64,000 nt of DNA from Macrostomum lignano (taxonomy: Eukaryota), in the NCBI GenBank assembly GCA_002269645.1, contig NIVC01002022.1, positions 62,001 to 126,000 on the forward strand, in the 5' to 3' direction. A program made the translations under genes and the position numbers. Under the pieces are notes generated by a model. The model had not been told where the DNA came from and ran no database searches. It worked only from the letters and a program-made list of their open reading frames with translations. Below are positions 12,645 to 23,947 of this stretch, in pieces. Position 1 is the stretch's first letter. Each line of letters opens with the position of its first letter.

Positions 12645-12991
12645 TTAAATCAATATAGAAAATACTATATTTACAGACGAACGAGACGAACAATAATTAT
12701 AGCATTGCATTAGCTTTAACAGAGACAATATTAGAGAAAAGTACACTAGGAGATCGAGACATCAAGAGAGAGAGACTGCGTTAGAAAAGCAGCCATTTTG
12801 TTTAAATAGATAAATTGACGAACTAGTCTGGTTTATTGACCAAGGCGATTTCTTCTAGTTATCTAGAACTAAGGAAATAAATTATTTATTGGGCTTAGGC
12901 AAATAAACGAAAAGCTTTAGCTTGTACAACATAGATTTATGCCAGTGGGCAAGCAGGAGCAACATAAAGAGCCAATACATACTGCTATTAA

Positions 12992-13187
12992 AGCTGAAAC
13001 CGAAATCAGTATCTTCCGGCTTCAACTAAAATTAGACACACTATAAAACTCTCTGTGGCACGTTCATAAACAGCCCCAGTGGTTCATTTCACTGCTAGAA
13101 CAGGACAAGCTCTAGAAGCACGCGACACAGACTTTTGTCTATGGTTGAAAAGTAGGAAACCGAGGATTTGGTATTTCGGCTTCAGCT
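12992..13187. mobile_element. Kolobok-like MITE
   Basis: TTAA|AGCTGAAACCGAAAT ... ATTTCGGCTTCAGCT|TTAA. The TTAA target on both sides with RR..YY termini and imperfect TIRs of about 35 bp fits the Kolobok superfamily. Confidence 0.65.
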
Positions 13188-13312
13188 TTAAAATAACAAT
13201 GCCGGCTCTAGATGCAACTACTACTACTATTATGGTTGCTACTGTATAATATCGTTTTTGTCAGTCTTTTTGTCAATTTAAGTATTGCCAGTCTAAAGGA
13301 GACCCTTAAATA

Positions 13313-13635
13313 AGCAGAGCGACTAGGGCGGCGCTCTGATGTGCCAACGGCCCAGGCTCGATTCCTAGTGCAGTCACATTAATTTTTTGGCTTGGCTCCT
13401 AAATAACGCCATTGAAGGCCAACCCCCAATGCACAGTGAAGTGTACATGCCCTAACGATAAATAAAGTTAGTGCCGCTGTGCACTCCTGTGTGAGTGTGT
13501 GCCTGTGCGTATGCCTGCGTACGTATCCGCGCGCTTGTGTGCCTGCTCAGCAGAGTCGGTGGAATGGGCAGCAATGCCTCTCGCCGGTTGTGTGACAATG
13601 TCGCTTGAAGTGCGCTTGAAGTGCGCTTGAAATAC
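13313..13635 (+). mobile_element. tRNA-derived SINE, family A copy
   Basis: GGCCCAGGCTCGATTCCTAGTGCAGTCACATTAATT..GGCCAACCCCCAATGCACAGTGAAGTGTACATGC..GTGTGACAATGTCGCTTGAAGTGCGC aligns by eye with 50711..51095. Confidence 0.8.
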
Positions 13636-14744
13636 TATATAGAATCGAATTTCTTGGAAAAATAAGCAAACGGAACAAAGCAGATAAATATAAAAATTAA
13701 AAAAGAAGATTGGCAAAAAAACTGGTCTTACAAATGGGGTGCTTTTTTGATCGCTTCCCAAAACCAGATTGCTTTGGCTGGGACTTCTTGAGTAGCCTAA
13801 AAATAGCTCTAACAGTAATTAATCAATAGAGTTTCCAACGAGCTGTCAGTATGCTGACAGGCAGCTAACCTAGAAGATGGATGCTTCTAAGCCTACTTCT
13901 GATTAAAATTATAACAAAAATAAAGAATAAGAGGAAAGACAAGCATAAGTATCCCCGAATGAAACATTTGGAAAGTATATTTTAATTAACTAACCCACCG
14001 CAATGCTGCATGATTAACAGATTATACACGAAATCCAATTAGAATTGAGGTATTTAATAAATGTAAGCACAAAATTCACTGTTATAACATGCCTTAGAGG
14101 TGGTAGGAGAACTACTGAACCAAGTAATTGAAACTGTCAAAGTCAATCACAAACGAATAAATTGTTCAGTTGATGAAAATAGCAACAAAACAAAAAAAGA
14201 ATAACAATGTGCGTGCTTTCGATTGAAATCAGATTATTTGGTCGCGGAGAGACGAACTGCAAGTAACAAAACAGAAAAGCTATCGAGTATTTCAACTACT
14301 ATAGAAAGTTCATAGGCCTGTTGCAGGCGTAGCTACATTAATTAGTTAATAGTACACGCAGATTTGACGATAAAGTACATATTAGCGATTAAAAATAGTT
14401 TTTTTTAAAATGCACAGATAACCGGTTTTAGCCAGAGAATAAATGGTGGCATTAAATGCACGTAATTTGTATTTAAAGTATTTATATACAGTATGAAAGA
14501 GTAAAAAATTTGAGCTGAATAGCACCAAGACAAAATTATAATAACAACAGTTGAAGGAAAATTAGTAACATAGGCGGGAATACTGCAGTCAATCATGTAA
14601 TTGAACCATTAAATAAGTAGAGAGGATATACTTAAATTAGTCAGGGGGCAATAATTTTAGACAGTCAGAGTCAATGATTGAAGATTAATCAAATGCCGTT
14701 GTTTTTCATATTCAGAGGCGAATATTGAAGACAGAAAGAGGCCA

Positions 14745-15645
14745 TTATTGAGAATAGTCAGAGGTGATTATTGAGAATAGCCAGGGATGATTATTGAAAA
14801 TAGTCAGAATCGATTATTGAGAATAGTCAGGATCGATTATTGAGAATAGCCAGGGTCGATTATTGAGAATAGTCAGGGGCGATTATTGAGAATAGTCAGG
14901 ATCGATTATTGAGAATAGTCAGGATCGATTATTGAGAATAGTCAGGATCGATTATTGAGAATAGCCAGGGTCGATTATTGAGAATAGTCAGGGGCGATTA
15001 TTGAGAATAGTCAGGATCGATTATTGAGAATAGTCAGGATCGATTATTGAGAATAGTCAGGGTCGATTATTGAGAATAGTCAGGGTCGATTATTGAGAAT
15101 AGTCAGGGGCGATTATTGAGAATAGTCAGGGATGATTATTGAAAATAGTCAGGATCGATTATTGAGAATAGTCAGGATCGATTATTGAGAATAGTCAGGA
15201 TCGATTATTGAGAATAGTCAGGATCGATTATTGAGAATAGTCAGGATCGATTATTGAGAATAGCCAGGGTCGATTATTGAGAATAGTCAGGGATGGTTAT
15301 TAAGAATAGTCAGGGATGATAATTGAGAATAGTCAAGGGTGATTATTGAGAATAGTCAAAGGCGATTATTGAGAATAGTCAGGATCGATTATTGAGAATA
15401 GTCTGGATCGATTATTGAGAATAGTCAAAGGCGATTATTGAGAATAGTCAGGATCGATTATTGAGAATAGTCAGGGGCGATTATTGAAAATAGTCAGGGG
15501 CGATTATTGAGAATAATCAGGATCGATTATTGAGAATAGTCAGGATCGATTATTGAGAATAGTCTAAGGCGATTATTAAGAATAGTCAGGGGCGATTATT
15601 GAGAATAGTCAAAGGCGATTATTGAGAATAGTCAGGGGCAATTAT
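14745..15645. repeat. Minisatellite, 23-bp unit CGATTATTGAGAATAGTCAGGAT/GGG
   Basis: About 39 copies downstream of the 15771 stop codon. Confidence 0.97.
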
Positions 15646-15770
15646 TACGACTATAGACATGATTAAGGTAAATATTCAATGCGATGTAATTATAAAGAAA
15701 ATAATAAATAGATTAGAAAGTCAGACGATAATAATTAAACGAATTCAATTACCATTGGAGACCAGAAACC

Positions 15771-17649
15771 TTAGACAGAGCCGGTAGCAGACTCCCGTTT
15801 ACTACCTCTAGCAGTCGGTGTGGGAACTTTACTAGCAGTTGAAGAGGCTGCAACAATCGGTCTATCGGATTCCGGATCGAAGTCTTTAGAATTCACTCGC
15901 AGCGTAGAACAATACAGCGGCGATAGCATAGCAGATTGCGGAGGCTTGCGACTGCCAGACACGGCTGTAACAGCCGCCGTAGGCTTCTTGACAGCGCCGG
16001 TGTGACTACCTGAAGTCGTTCTAGCCGGTGGCAGAGGCGGCTTAAACACTGGAGCCGATTTTTTAGTCGGCGAACCGCCCAACTGTGGTCGATTTTCGTC
16101 GGTAGCGGCGTTCGACACCCGCCGTTTAGTATTATTATCAACTCGATCAAAGTTGCCAGCCGGCAGCACGGTGGTGCTATCGAGTTTTTGAAAATTGCAA
16201 CCTATTTTGACGTCGATACAATTAGACGATGATGATATGTCGGCTACGCCGGCGCTTGTAGCATTGCTGAAAGCGGCTAGGGATGCTTGGTGCTGCTGCT
16301 GCTGCTGCTGGTAGCGAGTCTTATGCGGCTGTACAGCAATGCTGGCTCCGGTGCTGTTTAACTGCAAATCCCGATGATCGACAATGGCGGCTGCTCCGGC
16401 AGCTGAACGAGTTCGAATTGGTCGGTTGTGCTCCGCGGCACCAGCTGATTGAGCTGGGGCTGCTAGCAAGCGAGAAGGCGGACTCAAACCGATGCCAAGC
16501 CGATTGCAAGCGCTGCTACTCTCGTTGCTTATGTCTACCAGAGATCCCGTAGTTGAGGAGTCTTCCTGATCGGCCAGAGTGGAATCCTCATCATCATCAT
16601 CGTTGTTGTCGGCTGATTTTGAACGCCTGGACGAACGCCTTAGACGATAATGATTTGCTGACTGACGTCGCGACTGTTGCGGCGGCTGTTTCGGCGAGAC
16701 GGCGATGGCCACGGCTGGTTGGGTGCGACGTCGCTTAGGCTGCGACGGATTCTTACGGGCCGCCGCGGTGCCGGCGTCTCTGCTGGTCATGGCGGACAGA
16801 GAGGAGTCCGACGCTTCGCGATTGCGCCGTCTGGAGAGATTGGAGAGAGGGCTTGCTAGATTTTGGGAGATATTTGGATTAATGATTGTTGGGATTAGGG
16901 ATATTTGGATTAATGATTTTTGGGATTAGGGATATTTGGATCAGCGAATGTTGGGATTAGGGATATTTGGATTAGCGAATGTTGGGATTAGGGATATTTG
17001 GATTAATGATTGTTGGGATTAGGGATATTTGGATTAGCGAATATTGGGATTAGGGATATTTGGATTAGCGAATGTTGGGATTAGGGATATTTAGATCAGC
17101 GAATGTTGGGATTAGGGATATTTGGATTAGCGAATGTTGGTATTAGGGATATTTAGATCAGCGAATGTTGGGATTAGGGATATTTGGATTAGTGAATATT
17201 GGGATTAGGGATATTTGGATTAGCGAATATTGGGATTATGGATATTTAGTCTAACAAAATAATACAAGATCATTAAGCACTACTGATATATGTAATAGTT
17301 CTTACTTGCGAATACCCGGTACAAAACCGACGGCATCAGTAGCGTCCTCCTCGTTGTCATGGTGACAAGCCGTAGTAGAATCGCGCAGAATGCGAATCTG
17401 CTGAGCCTGGTGCTTAGTAACCGAGCGCTCATGACTGAGCAGAGCGGCAAGTCGAGAGTTGCTGCGAGTGAGACGATCGATCTCGGCGTCCCGCTGAGCA
17501 GCCAAGCCGTCTCTAAGACGATCGACAGCTTGATCAACAAATCGATGCAGATCAATTCGAAGCTGGTCAACTACTGCCGAGGAAGCAGTAGAAACAACAG
17601 ATGAAGCTGTCGAAGATTGATGCTGAGGCTGCTGGTGTTGCTGGGACAT
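15771..17649 (-). CDS. Coiled-coil, Ser/Ala/basic low-complexity protein, 2 exons, about 467 aa; candidate divergent shugoshin
   Basis: Exon 1 17306..17649 ends CGC AA|GTAAG (phase 2). Exon 2 15771..16830 follows a ctctccag acceptor and continues in frame (K-RRNREASD..). Exon composition is GC-rich like the other genes. The identity is tentative (see findings). Confidence 0.75.
16870..17245. repeat. Intronic minisatellite, 31-bp unit GTTGGGATTAGGGATATTTGGATTAGCGAAT
   Basis: Fills most of the 16831..17305 intron. Confidence 0.95.
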
Positions 17650-17744
17650 TGCTTAAAGACTGGTTTATTCGCAGCAATGTTAGAACGGAAAACAATATTA
17701 TCTTGGTCACCTAGAGATTAGAGAACTACAAATGCACAAAGTGT

Positions 17745-17825
17745 GTGTCTGAGAATGGGAAAACCGCTGTACTGTACACCCTGTGTGAGTGCCTGTCTGC
17801 GTACGTATTTTCGTGCTGCGCAAAT
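17745..17825 (+). mobile_element. SINE family A internal fragment
   Basis: CCGCTGTACTGTACACCCTGTGTGAGTGCCTGTCTGCGTACGTAT matches the body of the 13313 and 50711 copies. Confidence 0.5.
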
Positions 17826-18830
17826 ATGGAGGGTAAAGGGCTGGAGTAACTATGTACTTTTATATAGAACAGAATGCCTCGGCGCCTGATTAACTTGATG
17901 AAAACAGTTCCTAGGCTAAGAAGCGTCAAGAGTCACTTGCGTCACTTAGAAGTGACTCTAGACGACTTTAAAATGACGAGATTCCAGTCGTTAATGACTC
18001 TATATATAATGACTCTGAGACCGTAGAGTCGTATCTGAGGTGTTCTAGAGTTGCTGTAGAATCACTGAGTTGCGTCTTATGAATTAGAATCGCATTTTGT
18101 ATTCTTAACAACTCTATTTATAGAAGTTAGTAGAAAGCTAACTACTTTTGGACGACTCGTAACTCAACAATCGCCTCTCCGTCGCATTGCAGTCGTCTGA
18201 GTCGTTAAAAAGTCACGAGTCGCCCCAGGGTCGCTAGAATCACTAGTGAGTTATTCGCTATGGCTATTTAGCGATGGTCATATAGTCGCCATAACAGGCA
18301 CATGCAGTCCCCAATAAGAATTATTAATGAATATAAATTTTCCAAAGCCTCCAGCAGTTAGATACACAAGACTGGCAAGTGTTCAATATCATATAGACAA
18401 GGAAGTGATGCGTATCCTAGATAAGAAAACGAATATATAGTATAGTCTGCGGATCACGCAACCTGCCTGTGCCCAGTGCAATATTTATAGCCAGATAGAT
18501 CTCCAGCGATAGTTCCTCGTTTCAAATAAAATATGATTAGTAAAAAAGATGAGATAAGCTTTGCATATTGCATATGGCTGTAGAATTTTTTTCGTGTTCC
18601 TACGATTTTTATACCGAACTTATACTGTTCATCAGAGCTAAGGCAGCTGCTGTGCCACGATTTTGCGGGACGCAAGGCCCATGGAATCGTCAATGTGTAC
18701 CAGCAGTTTTAGTCTATGGCATTTACTATTAAGCGTTAAAAAATATAAATTTAATAAAATTAACAGCATAATAGACCACAGAAGGAATGGAGAGTGAGCC
18801 ATCTAGTGTTTATAGAATCTGTGTACTAGA

Positions 18831-18862
18831 CTAGCAATCTAGTGCGGCCCCTCTTCGGGGCG
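18831..18862 (-). mobile_element. Candidate Helitron 3' terminus
   Basis: On the minus strand: hairpin GCCCC-GAAGA-GGGGC, a 12-nt spacer, then CTAG followed by T. The 5' end was not identified. Confidence 0.4.
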
Positions 18863-19084
18863 CCCAATAAGCAAGGAGCAAAAACAATAAAAAAGCACAT
18901 TTTCTTAAAAACCAATTCCATCTTCACTTTTAAAAATCACCTTATTCGTGTAAAATTGTCACGGACAAAGATGCTTGCTATAAATCACTTTTTCTCTAAA
19001 ATTAACAAACAGACAACAAAATATAGCTCCCCCTAAATAGAAAATATTCCCAAGACAGCAAGCACCCCCTTCAAAAGTAAGCAA

Positions 19085-19735
19085 CCGCAGATAGCAAGCA
19101 TCCCCCAGACAGCAAGCATCCCCTAGATAGCAAGCACCCCCCAGATAGTAAGCACCCCGGGCCCCCAGATAGCAAGTATCCCCCAGATAGCAAGCATCCC
19201 CCAGATAGCAAGCATCCCCCACACAGCAAGCATCCCCCAGATAGCAAGCATCTGCAGATAGCAAGCATCCCGTAGATAGCAAGCATCTGCAGATAGCAAG
19301 CATCCCCCAGATAGCAAGCATCACCCCAGATAGCAAGCATCCCCCACACAGCAAGCATCCCCTAGATAGCAAGCATCCCGTAGATAGCAAGCATCTGCAG
19401 ATAGCAAGCATCCCCCAGATAGCAAGCATCCCCCAGATAGCAAGCATCCCCCAGATAGCAAGCATCCCCCAGATAGCAAGCATCCCCCAGATAGCAAGCA
19501 TCCTGCAGATAGCAAGCATCCCCCAGATAGCAAGCATCCCCCAGATAGCAAGCATCCCCCAGATAGCAAGCATCCCCCAGATAGCAAGCATCTGCAGATA
19601 GCAAGCATCCCCCAGATAGCAAGCATCCCCCAGATAGCAAGCATCCCCCAGATAGCAAGCATCCCCCAGATAGCAAGCATCCCCAAGATAGCAAGCATGT
19701 GCAGATAGCAAGCATCACCCCAGATAGCAAGCATC
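19085..19735. repeat. Minisatellite, 18-bp unit GATAGCAAGCATCCCCCA
   Basis: About 35 copies with variants. Confidence 0.96.
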
Positions 19736-19982
19736 AGAAAAGTTTCTTGCTGGCGGTGATGATTCATTTGTTAACAGGCAAGAGAAAAATCAGAGGTAAC
19801 AATGCAAAAATACTAAGAACAAGTTAACAACTTTTATATCTGTATTTAGAGTGGCGATAGCACATGACAACAAGAAACTACCAAATGTTACTCACGCTAG
19901 TCCACAAAATACTTGGTTAGTAAAAAGACGAAGATAACTTATTCAGTTCGTAAAAAACTATAGATCGGTTTGGTGAATTCAT

Positions 19983-20240
19983 TGTGCCAGAGGCCCAGAC
20001 TCGACTACAAGTAGGGTTGTCACATCAATTCGGGGCTAAATTGGAATCTCGGCTTGGCTCTGCTTGTGCAATGAGCGCATTTGAGGGCCAACCCCCAGGG
20101 CACACTGAAGTGTACATGCCTAACGATAAATAAAGTTAGGGCCACTGTACACAGCTCGGACACAGGACAGCGAACCTGTTGTGTGACAAGTTCGCTTCAA
20201 GTGCGCCAGGGTGCACACAGCCCCGTCTCTAATAAAAATA
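19983..20240 (+). mobile_element. tRNA-derived SINE, family A copy (internally deleted)
   Basis: Shares GGAATCTCGGCTTGGCTC, GGCCAACCCCCAGGGCACACTGAAGTGTACATGC, TAACGATAAATAAAGTTAG and GTGTGACAAG..GTGCGCCAGGGTGCACACAG with the other copies, and ends in CTCTAATAAAAA. Confidence 0.75.
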
Positions 20241-23200
20241 TCTCTGCATAATCATCAATACTCATGTGCTTTTATTCTATAACCTCAAGAATTACGTCTC
20301 ATAGGTCACGCGGTGATGTCTATTTTGTATCTCTATAACTTTGTTTCTCTATATGCTGCAGCTAATGTTTCATATAATAACTCATATGCACTAACATAGG
20401 TGCTGCACAGTATAAATAAAGAAGCCAAGTTACTACTTTGAAATCCTGCATCATGACAAAAGAAGAAATCCTGAAACGTGGCATACATCATTGATTATAA
20501 ATATTTATCTGGAAGCAAGAAATCTAAATTAGCTCGCCATATAGCATTAGATGTTTTTCTAGATCATCAAAAACAAATGCTTGACTGATTTATAGCAATA
20601 ACAGCATGCATCAGCAAGCAGAATTAATTAGTTGGCTGTTCAATTATAAATATTTCCGATTGTATCAGCATTGCTACTGATAGTAGGCTGTGCAACATTT
20701 TAACTGTGCAACATTGCCACTTAATACTAAGTAAGTCTTAATGAAGAGATTTTTTGTCCAATCAAAACAGTTCTATGATAGAAAATGCATAGTTTTCTTG
20801 TAGGTTTTCATTTCTAAATATACATATGTAAGCTATTAATTCAATGCATATTGCTTTGTCCTAAATCTTTTTATTAAGACTTACTAAGCATTGAGGGGCA
20901 ATTTAGACAAAACCTGCCAAAATCAAAACAGAATCAAAAGCATTATAGCAAACATTGACAGAAAAAGCTCTGCAGGCAAATCTTGGTGGAAATCTCATGT
21001 GTACAAATATCAGTGGGCAATTCTTATGGACCAACTAATCATTGACCCCACTGTTTTTTTTGAGGCTACTAAATGCAGGTGTATGCCTATGCCTATTCAT
21101 ATACTATGCATATATCTATACACTTGTATGCCTATTGCACCTACTAGAATAGAAAATAATGCATCTTTTAATTGTGATAATGCTGCTTGAAGTGCACTAG
21201 GATACACTTTGCCCCTGCTTCTAATGAAAGAAATACAAGTGTATATTAGTACACACTGCCTCTATCCAAAATGTATAGCTTGTATTTAGCTATATTTACT
21301 TTGCTCTCAAGAATTAACATATTATTCTTTGTTAATATAAAACACTTTAATCTAATACATTGACTAAATAATTTTATTTCTTGAAATTAACTTTGAAGGT
21401 TGACCAGATTGAAAGATATATATAAAAAATTAAAAAGAAATATTGATCTTTTTAATATGAAATTGGACCCTTATTTATTTAATGGATTTCTCTAGTAACT
21501 TCTCAGATAGACTTCTTAGATAAAATTCCAGGGTTCAACTTTGGGACTCAACTTCCATAGATTCTTTTCCAATAGGAAAGTTGGACTTGTTACTTTATAT
21601 AGGCCTATTAATAGTAAAACATTTAAAACAAGCCTTTGCCAAAACAGACTAGGCATTCTTTCATTATACAATTCCTACTATTTTACTATTTTGTTATACA
21701 ATCCCTGTGCAGTTAGGCTATGTATTGCCATTGATTTGTTATACATTCCCCATTAAAAAGTGAAGGTGAAATCAGTTTTAAGTTTATTGTACCACTTAAA
21801 ATCATAGATATTGCAAAAGTATATTCATAAGAGGCCATACTACATATTCACTTTTATAATATGATCCCTTAAATATTAAATTCATTTGAAAATTGTATTG
21901 GAAGGAAGGATTTGAGAATAAAAATGAGGGGCTTTTGTTTTGCAATCATTCCAATGTTAGTTTTATATTTTATAGATTGTATTATCAAGGGTGATACAGT
22001 TGATTTGAACTAGTACATTCATTAGAATTGTGTAAATTGTATATTCATAGTTAAAGCTACATACTACATACTACCCTCTCTTACTATCATTATAGAATCC
22101 CTTTAATGCTAATGAATACAGAATACATTAAATGGGTTAAATAACAAAAGTGAAAGAGGAGAGTAAAAAAGAAAGAAAAATAGGAGGTTTGAATTATTAA
22201 ATAAAACAAATTGAGTAAGTTTTACTTTGCTGATTTTATTGCTGCAATTGTGGAAATTCAATACCTGCTATCTTTTTATAATACAATCCACACAATACAA
22301 AATTGCTATTGAAATGATTGAACAACAAACCTTCCCTTCTCACTTTTGTTATCCAATCTTCCAACTTCATATAAAATGAATTTACCATTTGAGAGTGCAT
22401 ATTAAAAAAGTGAATATATTGTATGGCTTTTTGTTAAAGTGTACCAATACACTTTTGCAATATTCATGATTTTCACAACAATATTATAAAGTGAAAATTG
22501 GTGTTGGCTTGCCTTTCTTACAGGGGATTGTATAACAAAACATTGCAAAAAAGTGGATTGCCCCATTGGAAAAAGGTTACAAATTGTGTATCCCAAATCT
22601 GCTATATTTTTGGGAATATTTTGTGCCACACCACAGATTAAGGAAAAAAATTGATGCTATACGCTGTGCAACCTAGAATCATAGAAAATTCATATTAGGC
22701 TTGAATTACTAGGAAGAAAAAGCCCAAAAGCTACAATTAGTCATTAACTTGTACTTGACAACTCATTTCTAGGCCCTTCATACTAGTTTAATATTGTTTG
22801 TTATGCTTCTATTTATAGTTTGAACTTACTTATGATAAGTTTTTGGTAATGCTGCTTAAGATTTTAATTTATTTTTGTAATTCTATAATTTTTTCTTTTC
22901 TTAGTTTTTTGTACCTAAAAGCATAGATGTATAAGAGAAGAAAGAAGTATCTTTTCACTTTTCTGTTTGCCATTTGTATCAGTTGTTAGAAAAATTAAAT
23001 TGTGTGAAAATATTTAAACACATATTTTATAACATATATAAACTGTGTATATCCCACACTTTTGGGACATATTCTTTTGTTCATTTGTTCCTGTGCCACA
23101 CTTTTGGGACACATTTTAGGGGATTAAATAATAAAAGAATGCTAGACTACTATATATTAAAATGTTACATATAAATGATTTTGAAAGAAATTCAAAATAG

Positions 23201-23689
23201 ATAATGTACAAGTCTATAAATATTCCATAGTCCATGTTCACGATCATATTATAAAGTTATTTATTTTCCAAAAGTCATCAAAAATATTCTCAATTATAGG
23301 CCACACAAAAAGCCTATGCTAGGCAAAATGCTCTAGTGCACTAGGTATGCCAGAAACAGTAATGAGTCTAAAATTAAAATTTAGGTAAAGTTGCTTGCTT
23401 GGCAAGTACAATAAATAAGAAGGCAAAAATCAACATTAATTTTATTTTATTGAACGATGCGCTTTGCACGATACTATGTAACTTCAGGTTTTTTTTTGAG
23501 CGCAAGAAACGAGTGAGATTGGTAGTAAATAAATACAAAATTTTGGGGTGTAAATTCAATCAATATTTGAAATATATATTTGTTGGTCCAAAAGTTGAGA
23601 AGCTAAGTCCAGGGATGGAATGATAGCGATATGGTTTGAATTATATAATGTACATCTAGTGTCCCCACCCTCAGAACACACAGAGAACA

Positions 23690-23947
23690 TTTCCTGCAAC
23701 AGTGTTGGAATTGAGTGCTAAGGTTGGGGGAATGTGCTCTAATGTACAGCACTTCAAGTATCTGGAGTTTGGAGTCAAATGAGCATTGATCAATGACTTT
23801 TAAGTGCTTTTCAGGTTTGTAGTTAGAGCAACTATTAGACTCTAAGAGATGGTTTTGGATAGCCAACAGTTTCAGCCAGTGCTCCTTTATTCTAGTATGC
23901 AGGCTGAAATCATTCTTCAATTTTCTATTATTTGGAAGAGAAGCCAC
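23690..23947 (-). mobile_element. Penelope-like element relic (GIY-YIG endonuclease C-terminal half)
   Basis: SLHTRIKEH..AIQNHLLES..C..LKVID....KLQILEVLYIRAHSPNLSTQ matches the PLE endonuclease pattern. There is no intact upstream RT. Confidence 0.6.

Noticed and set aside
16870-17245. Interstitial telomere (TTAGGG in each unit)
   Set aside because: There is one hexamer per 31-bp unit and never in tandem, so it is likely coincidental.
18959-19767. Cys/Gly/Leu repeat ORFs
   Set aside because: An 18-bp unit keeps several frames open; there is no splice or domain support.
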